A stretch of DNA of 64,000 nt, taken from assembly GCF_963853765.1 (NCBI RefSeq), contig NC_088855.1, positions 42,346,001 to 42,410,000 of the forward strand. Reading direction: 5' to 3'. Every line of letters starts with the position of its first letter. Position 1 is the first letter of the stretch. This document shows positions 52,601 through 64,000 of this stretch, piece after piece. The notes under the pieces were generated by a model. That model did not search any database. It saw only the letters and a program-made list of their open reading frames with translations, and was not told the origin of the DNA. The DNA is from Magallana gigas. Lineage: Eukaryota. The translations under genes were made by a program, and so were the position numbers.

Positions 52601-55600
52601 ACAATTGTTTTCACTTTATAAATAACAGCTAGTATAGTTTATAGAAAATAAATTCTGTAATGGAACTCTTTTCTTAAAAGAAGTTTTAAATTCATATTTC
52701 AGACACCCTGGTGTATGGCCCATCAGTGCACCAGCCAGTACTTGACCGTGCTTACATGTAAGAGGTGTGTGAGGTACGTCTTGGTGTCCAGTTTGACGGT
52801 CTTCCATTTCTTGCTCTGTTGGTTGGGGAGGACTGGTTTTTGTAGGTCGGTGGTTTGGGGTACACCGGTCACTTTATGGAGAGCGGGAGACATGTGAGCG
52901 AGACAGAGCCTCACAATGCCATTAAACACTGTAAAGTTTAATGTCAAAGGTATAGTTAATATTGCAATCATACTGGTACAATTTAGAACCATTTTAACAA
53001 GGCCTTGGACTTTCCGTAGGACGTAGCTATCATTTCTTGCGTCAAAACATGTTAAAAATGACGCTGGATTCAAGTGAAATATGCACCGATTGCGTAGTCT
53101 CAGCTCAAAAGCCAGACAAATCGTGTTGATTTCAATGAGCTTTCACTGAGTGTGCAGCAATGAACTAGACAGGCATACGTCACATTGCTGTTTCACACAA
53201 CTACCCAAAGTCCAAGCTCCTGTTATAATGGTTCTATTTATCAAAACAGAATAAAATACCCTCCTGATTTTTTAACCTCAGTTTTTAAAATTGTAAATAT
53301 CTAAGTATTTTATGACAAACACAGTATATTGCATATTTGTGTAAGTAATTTTTATTTTTTGTGTAAGAATTGAAAATAACAGCTCCATAAGATACCAATA
53401 AGACACTACATTACAGAGCTGTAGATTTCACATCTCTTTTTCTCTTTGTTTGTTTCCTTTTCCCTATCATTTACCTTCTACTGTTTAGATATTGACTTGA
53501 TTGTACGAGGTACCCTTTATATCATTGCTAAATACCTTTGCTGCCCTCCACCCTGTACTTGTTGACCTCTGTCTCATGACCAGCTTGCTTCACAGCTGCT
53601 TTAAATGCACAGATCACATCTTTAATCAAACTGGCTGATGGCTTCTCCTTTAATAAACAAAACAAATTAATAAGACATCTACATTCTTCAATCTCTTTTC
53701 TAAGTTTATCTCAGTTACCAATACAGTAAAACACGATTATAACAAAGTGTCAGGGACGCGTGATTTTAATTCGTTATAGGCAAAATTCATTATACCTGTC
53801 AAGTTTACAGCATGTAATAAAGTCATGGGGAATGAAAATCTGGAAGCGTCAATTCATTGTAAGCGTGTTCGCTATAACCATGTTTTACTGTATTCAGTGT
53901 TGACAGGCTGTTCTGATGAAGTCCAAGTTTCAAAAATTTATCTTGGTCAGTACATGTACTAGACCTTTTCCTGATAACTATGGTACTGCTCTCTCGAATG
54001 GCAAATTGATAAATCTTAGCGAAGTTTTAAATGATAGATAATTAAATGATATGATTAAACAATGGAGGTTATATCACATAACACCAAACTGTCATTTTGC
54101 TATGCAAAAATGAAGTCCCGCAGTAATTGTGAAGGATGCAGATTTGAGCATCTCTTTTAAAATGGTATCCTTTTATCAAATGAAATGATAATCTCAGGCT
54201 AGAAGATAAAAATTTGTCATATGGTTCGATGTGTTATGTCCCTTGGATGCTTGATTTGAACATTCTAGATGCAACTAAATACAGCGGAAGACTTACCTCC
54301 AGAGCTTTGCTCCAGTGAGAGATCATCTTGACAGTTACAAGTGTGCCTTGCATCCTCCCTCCCTTTGGTTTAGTTGCTTCATCTTCCTCCTCATCTTCTT
54401 CCCCTTGATCTTCTTCATCCTCATCCTCATCACTAGCAACCTGAAAATATCATTTGGTAACATTAGACAAATGTAAGATAAATCATATATCTAATCAGCA
54501 ATAATATGCATGTAACAAACAGAGAATCAGTTCAATCTCTTCAAAATCTAAATCTTAAAATCTTGCAAGTCTGTAATTTGTACACTATTTACAAAATATA
54601 ACAATAAAAATTCTATTACTAAGCTACAAACAATTAATATATATATAAATGCTTACATATTCACAAATTAGCATCTTGCTTTAAAAAATCCTACTCAATG
54701 TACGTGTGTATGTCACTCTATCTTAATTTGCACAGTCTGGGGAAAGTTACTGTAGATGTCTTACATTTGGCTGTACAGCTTTCACTAAATCAAGAACATT
54801 GCTAACTGCCATGCACATATGTACATGTATAAGAATAGATGCATTAAAAATTTGTGAATTCAATGCCAACTTGTCAAAAAATCAATTTCCGCCAAATATT
54901 GCACATGCAAAATATAGTTTCATTTTCAGTACCTCTAGCTTTGATGGAAGTTTATGAAATTTCCCTCCAGTCTCAGTGTCTGACTCTTCTTCTTCACTAT
55001 CTTCATCTTCACTTGTGGACAGGATATCATCCAGGTCTTCTTCCTTGGCACCCCTCTTTTTTCCCACCACCACTTTTCCTTTCATTCCTTTCACAGATAC
55101 AGTTTTGGTCTGTGTCTCATCATCTGATGACTCATCACTAAGACCGATGTCATCTTCCTCATTCAAATCTTCATCACTCTCATCAAAGTTTAGTAAACTT
55201 TCATCTTCATTCTTCAGAAATTCGTAGAATTCAGGATCTTGGGCTTTTAATTTGTCTTCTAGTTTTTCTGCTTTGGCTTGAGATTTCTTTTTATTTCTGT
55301 GATTAAAAAAATACTTTATTTTGTGAGTTATTCTCCTAATTTCCTTTTTTTTTTTTCTTTCTCGCTTGATTGGTAGGTGATTAGGTGAATAACATGCATA
55401 AAACATTTTTTATGAACTTCTTTAATTCATTAATGGTGAAACATTATTTAATGATATAAGAATTGTATACTTTTTAACATTCTTTGATGGGATCTTGGCT
55501 TTTGTTGATTTAGCTGTTTCTGTCTTGCTAGAGGCCTTGACAACATCTTGATTCATATCAGCCAGTTTTCTAAAGTAGAGGAAAAAACAGTAAATATTGT

Positions 55601-57325
55601 CTTCTAAACAGAAATTAAAGAGAAGTAGCTAAATACGTAGAGTTTGTTGAAGTAACCTCACACAATACTTCATTTAAGCATTGAATGCTTATTTTTGGAT
55701 GTTGTTGTCCTATAACTTGAGCATGCAGACAAAATGAATACTGTGCATTAGCGCGGTATAATTAATTTCATAATTATCATTCATAATTTTAATACACGCT
55801 TTTCTTTGACAGTAATTTTTTTTTACATATTCCAAAGAATACTGTCTTCTTATTAGTTGCACATGTCCATAGTTACAATATAAGCTTCAATACAGCACTT
55901 CCTCAAATTCAAGCTTTACATGTTGACATGAATGAGGCAAAAATACATGTCATTCACAATTATGGAATTTATGCCAGCAACATGGGATAGACTTTTCTAT
56001 GAGATAAAAAACAAAATGTTAGGTTTGAATTCTCTCTTTTGTATGACTACTGGACAATCAAAAATTTGGGCTTTGGGTTTTACCTGGCGTTTGTCATAAT
56101 CAACCGAGTGAAAAACTGATGCTTGCACGTTCACCTTAAACTGACACAATCCCTAGTGATAATGCATTTCATTCCCTGACCTATGCAGGAAAAAATGAAA
56201 TTTGCCAAATCCACAAATGCACAATGATTGTTGGAAGGCAAGGTGATGACAGCCCAACTTCCTAGTTCATTTTAGTGATGTAGCACGTCTAGCACTCGGG
56301 TTGTATTTTGAGATACTATAGTCTGTCTCAAGATATTTATGCAGCACATTAATACGATTTTTAATAAAAATACACATACCTGTGAGAGAAGTGCAATTAA
56401 AATCGATGAATGGGATTGTCTGTTCTTCATTGACACATTATCATTTTTCACTCATAAAAATTCACAGGATTAAAAACAGATATCTTACAGAGATTTATAA
56501 TGGGAAATGTTAACATCTTTTCTTTATTTGGAAGTTACTTGAAATACCTCACACAATTTTTCAACTTTATCATCCCGATACTCTTATGTCTACTGCAAAA
56601 TCCCAATTGACTTTTTTTTTAGCTGTGTATTGAAACCTGATAAGCTAGTGGGGAAGTTTCAAAGGAATAATCTTGATTTTTTTTCATACTATTGAATGAA
56701 CATTATTTAAACTCTGAGGTTTTTGATAAATTTTGAATAATTTAAGAAAATGTGCTGCATAAATATTTTGGGACAGAGCAGATCATTGATGGCCTCCAAT
56801 GTAACATGCCTCAAACTCCAGACATATTGCAGAGTTTGTTACACACATGAAAGGTTTATGAATATGTCACTAGTGACTTGTATGCATTTTTAAAAAATAG
56901 ATATTGACCTTATACTTATGATAATTTAATAGGTTTCAAAATGAGGGAATTGTTTGATGAATAATTAAATTGTTTTAAAAGTATTGTTTTAGATGTAAGT
57001 TATGAAAAACATATATTTTTTACCAAGGTTGTTTAAAATAAATTCGAATAAATGATAAATTTGCTACTGCTGACAAGTAAATACAAATAATATACCTCTG
57101 TTATTTCAACAGTACATATTTGATTCTGTTAACATGTGCAACATGTTCTATATACTGTACGTGTACCAATAAGCTTAGGCTTCGATTTCGTTTTATCACA
57201 GAATCTTTAACGGAATAATATGTTATAGTCATCGAACCGTTATGTCTTATACACTTGCTACGTTTAAACACGATATCTTAAATATCTAACCTCTTCTTCT
57301 TCATTTTTTCAGCCAAGAGGACCAT
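150..57325 (-). CDS. NOC2L: Nucleolar complex protein 2 homolog (NOC2L/NIR), spliced gene of about 840 aa
   Basis: GT-AG exons that join in frame (minus strand, 5'->3'): [57291-57325 candidate first coding exon [12 protein letters not shown]], 55471-55569, 54933-55296, 54297-54440, 53536-53647, 52756-52928, 52357-52467, 51973-52086, 51428-51616, 49353-49492, 48054-48165, 3481-3594, 3016-3117, 2515-2658, 2294-2407, 1994-2115, 1387-1467, 150-414 (TGA 150-152). Recognisable Noc2 motifs: [73 protein letters not shown], acidic N- and C-terminal tracts. The first exon is uncertain (see findings). Confidence 0.96.
5588..5758. mobile_element. Tc1/mariner-type MITE (CAGTAAAAC termini, TA TSD)
   Basis: TA|CAGTAAAACAC...ATGTTTTACTG|TA; second copy in inverted orientation at 53724-53890. 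Confidence 0.8.
7439..7573. other. Assembly gap (135 N)
   Basis: Run of N inside NOC2L intron 11. Confidence 1.
10780..11324. mobile_element. pogo/Tigger-like MITE interrupted by a Helentron-type insert
   Basis: Imperfect TIRs CAGTTGAACTTCGTTATCTCGAA / TTTGAGATAACAAAGTTTGACTG with TA flanks. Insert about 10855-11236 has a GTCG/GTCC microsatellite and two 161-bp units. Confidence 0.7.
11834..12525. mobile_element. Non-autonomous Helentron-like element with internal 175-bp tandem array
   Basis: Units start at 11958, 12133 and 12308. CACC microsatellite; terminal short hairpin plus A-run at about 12491-12525. Shares its AAAAGCTGTCAATGTGAC end with 19759-20078. Confidence 0.75.
15004..15583. 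mobile_element. MITE with about 37-bp imperfect TIRs (AAAGGACTAWGTGCRGT...GCCCCC)
   Basis: Inverted termini at 15004-15040 and 15546-15583; no clear TSD; three internal TGACGTCA. Confidence 0.65.
17092..17196. repeat. About 105-bp fold-back inverted repeat
   Basis: TTCCTGTCCCAGTCAAGTTTTGAGGCAATTTTAAAAAAA versus TTTTTTTAAAATTGCCCTAAAACTTGATTGGAACAGGAA, loop about 13 nt. Confidence 0.8.
18309..18337. repeat. (AG)n microsatellite
   Basis: Direct reading. Confidence 0.95.
19759..20078. mobile_element. Helentron-like element, same family as 11834-12525, about one repeat unit
   Basis: Same terminus and core (ATATGCACATCTCTGATATATGTACAATTGATCTGCAAAA...CTTCCTATCTTGAAAACTGTAGGAGG); CCGC microsatellite and A-run end. 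Confidence 0.75.
22561..22935. mobile_element. Non-autonomous element with a long one-sided subterminal inverted repeat (Crypton-like, tentative)
   Basis: About 145-bp hairpin 22786-22930 with CTCCGCTTCGCGTC in the loop; the other end begins TTATTATTATACTTTC...CTGATTGG. Family assignment is from recalled architecture only. Confidence 0.6.
24650..24820 (+). promoter_or_regulatory. Putative core promoter of the nested ORF
   Basis: CCAAT 24650-24654; perfect NFI palindrome TTGGC-GTCGA-GCCAA 24754-24768; TATAAA 24786-24791; predicted start near 24818. Confidence 0.5.
25211..25855 (+). CDS. Intronless hypothetical protein (214 aa) nested antisense in NOC2L intron 11
   Basis: Longest ORF in the window, Kozak-like caacATGG, higher GC than the flanks. 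Non-random composition: Lys-rich basic blocks and a Ser/Asp/Glu acidic tail. Upstream TATA/NFI/CCAAT; downstream AATAAA at 26859-26864. No family recognised. Confidence 0.8.
   Translation: MAMFPNASRGYMPFVTGQHHKKAIAMAKQKQAKSGKSDKKRKMKTYLVTLRDKSGATYTYTVRTDGTKSMPVLCDSKVTLGATASLPNLGLTSPIQKMLYSRDDLDVKDEKKGGIFSSFFRFIKEKTGKSKGGKSKRKPKSLEQRKRQRTISAMSNLDPIQESPDEEEYEDVDEDNDSYTHSESDDSSSDSEPNSENVSICEDDLKKTEIQIQS
27671..27709. repeat. (CT)n microsatellite
   Basis: Direct reading, one interruption. Confidence 0.95.
28266..28779. mobile_element. Kolobok-type MITE (TTAA TSD)
   Basis: TTAA|AGGGACTTAGACACG...CGTGTCCAAGTCCCT|TTAA, 14/15 TIR match. RR...YY termini fit Kolobok rather than piggyBac. A decayed relative appears near 50575-50770. 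Confidence 0.8.
31554..31605. repeat. (GA)n microsatellite
   Basis: Direct reading. Confidence 0.95.
37396..37575. repeat. Degenerate 3-copy tandem repeat (58-76 bp period)
   Basis: CCAGATGACCAACA at 37407, 37483 and 37541, each followed by CTAAT(TAT)CATCA. Confidence 0.75.
39494..39836. mobile_element. Kolobok-type MITE (TTAA TSD) containing a tRNA-like segment
   Basis: TTAA|GGTGGCTCACTACACC...GGTGTAGTGAGGTACC|TTAA, 14/16 TIR match. Confidence 0.8.
39658..39730 (-). pseudogene. tRNA-derived sequence (A box, B box, T4), not a functional tRNA
   Basis: Minus strand GTAGCTCAGTGGTTAAAGTATTGGCCTTCTAAACCGCAGGTCATGAGTTCGAATCCGACTGGAGCTTTT. Acceptor and T stems do not pair. Loop CTTCTAA suggests Arg-TCT ancestry. 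Confidence 0.7.
44964..45164. mobile_element. Decayed MITE, same family as 48304-48510
   Basis: Shared core GTTATTTTC...TACACTTGCAAAC...ACTGACAAYGAGGGC...AAATAT..CCTGTAT. Confidence 0.6.
48054..55569 (-). CDS. NOC2L: NOC2L 5' exon block (coding exons 2-11)
   Basis: Ten exons with canonical splice sites and consistent phases, from [10 protein letters not shown] to [10 protein letters not shown]; last donor GAG|gtaaga at 48054/48053. Confidence 0.96.
48304..48510. mobile_element. TA-flanked MITE (CTGTATACAG terminus)
   Basis: TA|ATGTACACAGGGTTATTTTC...AAATATTTCACTGTATACAG|TA in NOC2L intron 10. Confidence 0.7.
52986..53234. mobile_element. MITE with GAACCATTTTAACAAG TIRs
   Basis: TA|GAACCATTTTAACAAGGCCTTGGACTTT...AAAGTCCAAGCTCCTGTTATAATGGTTC|TA; inverted copy at 59985-60229. 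Confidence 0.8.
53724..53890. mobile_element. Tc1/mariner-type MITE, same family as 5588-5758
   Basis: TA|CAGTAAAACACG...ATGTTTTACTG|TA; internal sequence is the reverse complement of the 5588 copy. Confidence 0.8.
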
Positions 57326-58469
57326 GCTTTCGATGTGCTGTTTATAGTAATGGGAATTATTTGTCTTTCGATCCCGATCAAAAAAAGACTTATTAAAATA
57401 TTGGTGGGTTGGGGGGGGGGGGGGGGGTCATACCTGTAACGTGTAACTGTCTCACAAAAAAAAACCCCACAGGGTATATACATGTATTTTGATCTTTTAA
57501 ATAGTCATGTCAAGATTTTGCTCGTAAAGTTTTCCAAAGCTGTATTTATTTTACATGTAACATCCCCTCCCAAATCAAAATGTTAGTAAGATATTGTACG
57601 ACGAAATTTGTTAATAATTTTGATGTTGTGCAAGTGCAGTTTACCAGTTCTGAGTTGAGATTTACTGATCAAATCATAATTTATTCTATACATGTACTAT
57701 ACACTAAACCGTGGCATTACTTATTTTTTAAGCATCATTGGATATATTAATGTAAGCGATCATGAAACCGATTTTAAACTCATCTTTGATTTATTCAATC
57801 AAACATTTACAGTTATTTGTGGTTATTCTTTGATTTAACATGCTGATATGCACATCCTCAATTTTAAATAGAAGTTTAGTCGAAAACATGAAATATTTTA
57901 ATGATTTTATCTCCAATTTTATATCAGATTAACTATTCAAATATGTAACTATCTATGTACATATTAATAATAAAAAGTAATTCCTGTACAATGCTATACA
58001 GTTCAAGTTCTTTATTTCCGTAAAAACAATTGACTTTATGTAATAGGTTTACAAAATAAAAATATAACATAGGAATATGATAAGTACGTGCATAAAAGAT
58101 TTACAAAAAAAAAATAGTTTATAATTTTAACCGTTTATGACATAGTGTACTTCTGATCATAGTTTTCGCTAATTTTTCGCAATGAAGGTGTTTAAATTAA
58201 ATCAGAAATATGTCTTAAAGGTATACAATTAACGAAAAAAGGAGTAAAGAGTCAGTGGTTCAGACTTCTGTGGTGGAGGGGGGGGGGGGGGGGGGGGGGG
58301 TCGATCCTGTCCTCAAGCATGCAAAGCCCGTATGAATCATTTTGCTGTTTATATATTTACATGCATCTACGGTACCTCTGATTCATTTCATCAATTATTA
58401 ATGAAGAGTGATTAAAAGTACATGGATTACTTTTACTGCCTAAACGTTACACAAAAAGAACAGTCCTTA

Positions 58470-59500
58470 TATATGAATGTTACCATGGTAACTACAGCTT
58501 CTTGGAAGTTTGAGGTCAGCCTGCGCATGTCCTCGGAGTCTGTGCTCTCAATGTTGTTGGTCAATTAGTATCACTTAGTCAAGAAATATTTTACGCAAAT
58601 TTGACAACAAAGGCACATATATTCGTTGGGTTAAAATTTCGTTGTTTTTAAATCAAATACAAAATTTCGTTAGGATTAAATTTCGTCTTATCATGGTCTC
58701 TAAAATGAATTACGTATCAGCACTGTATTAATGAATACTTGGGGGAAAATTTGTCATGGATTTAATTTCGTTGATAAATGCTGCCAACAAAAAAAAAAGA
58801 AAAAGAAAAAAGAAATTATATAAATCCTCAACGAATATTTTTGCTTCTACATAAAGACATCAGTGAACGATGTAAGAAATTATTTTAGCTTTTTAGATGA
58901 AATCTGATCAGCTTAACAATGCATTAAAGGAAAAATACCTTTTAAGAAATGCATTTTGTTTCAAATCGATCTTTTTCTTTCTATATTTTCGGGTATAGGT
59001 CGACCCCCCCCCCCCCAACTTTCCAAAACGATGTCATGCATATGAATACTGTTTTCTCTCTAAATACTGTTCTGCCTGTTCTTCCAAAAGTCTAATCTGT
59101 TCAAAGAACCTAGATCTGCCTCTGTATGGATTCCCAGGAGCCACGTGCACTGGAACATGTAAGCAAATATATTTACGTGCACCAATTTGTAAACAATGGA
59201 AACCTATAAACTATAGTGTGTATATAAACGTCTTTAAACTGATGATATTAAAAATAACAAATTTCCATGGTTATGTAAGTGTATATGTAGGATTAATTTC
59301 ATAATATTATTTCATAAAATGGTATTGAAGAAACTGACGTATGTACACATAACATCATTTGTTTACTACTGAGCGTACGAAGGTGTGTACTTTTTAGTGA
59401 AAGCTGATTGGCCAATGAATGCATTGAATATGTGGACAAACATTACATTCAGTTGTTGAACGTGAGCAGGAGCAGTTTGCGATATACGCTTCGGAAAAGA
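58470..59500. promoter_or_regulatory. Head-to-head NOC2L/CDA promoter region
   Basis: Divergent genes. X-box-like palindrome GTTACCATGGTAAC 58479-58492; E-box CACGTG 59142-59147; double CCAAT palindrome ATTGGCCAAT 59407-59416; Inr-like TCAGTT 59449-59454, about 50 nt before the CDA ATG. Confidence 0.55.
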
Positions 59501-63460
<3,960 letters not shown>

Positions 63461-64000
63461 TACATTTTAGTTTGTTCTGCTTGAATTAGTACAACATTAT
63501 CCCATGTTGTTATACTACTTTTGTTAGCTGTCAAAGCCAGTATATATTTAAGTCATGAAACAATTTAATTACAGTAACTGTGGGAATAAAGTAATTTTTT
63601 AGAGATTAGTTAACTAAAATTAATTTACTTGAGTATGAATAGGATCACCAAGGTAAAATGTGGGTTTATATTGGAGAACTAAAAATATCATGTTTCATAT
63701 CAATGTTCTTTTGGCACTAGAATAGTCCTAATCCTGTGGTTGTGATCTTTGCTTACTGGCAATTACACTTGCGAAAATTTCCAAATTTGCAGTTTTTAGC
63801 AAAACATTAACTTTGTATACATTTATGTAAGCTAATAATTATTCTATGTATGCAAAATATTATTGAAAAATGATTTTTTCCCCCCCTAAATTGTAATTTT
63901 ATTGAAGCTCAATTTAAAGGAAAATGTTAATTAGGTACATGTACTTGAATATGTACCATCGTGTGTGAAATGCGTTCAAGCAGTGTAACAGGGAACTTTA

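Noticed and set aside
54165-54174. U12-type donor GTATCCTTTT (also near 685 and 40738)
   Set aside because: On the strand opposite the host gene, with no associated exon.
56375-56395. ttctctcacag|gtatgt AG/GT site upstream of NOC2L exon 2 (recursive splice or TOP-like first exon)
   Set aside because: Cannot be distinguished from chance without transcript data.
58274-58300. Poly-G/poly-C tracts (also about 812, 13163, 41746, 43807, 44166, 57410) as G-quadruplex elements
   Set aside because: Simple homopolymers scattered across the window with no positional pattern.

Overview
AT-rich eukaryotic genomic DNA with spliceosomal genes, MITEs, Helentron-type satellite carriers and GA microsatellites. 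The repeat types suggest a bivalve, probably an oyster; this is inference only. Two conserved genes sit head-to-head: NOC2L (nucleolar complex protein 2, minus strand, about 18 coding exons, 150 to about 57.3 kb) and a 5-exon tetrameric-type cytidine deaminase (CDA, plus strand, 59501-63460). The main structural feature is NOC2L intron 11 (3595-48053, 44,459 bp, one 135-N gap), more than 20 times longer than any other intron of the gene. It carries an antisense, intronless 214-aa ORF of unknown family (25211-25855) with its own TATA/NFI/CCAAT promoter and regulated-looking 3' UTR. It also carries a second promoter-like CArG/TATA/ETS-CRE cluster with no ORF, a CpG-dense island, several enhancer-like motif clusters and many non-autonomous DNA transposons, one with a tRNA-like Pol III cassette. 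No CRISPR array, rRNA or intact tRNA was seen. All coordinates were read by eye; no database searches were run.
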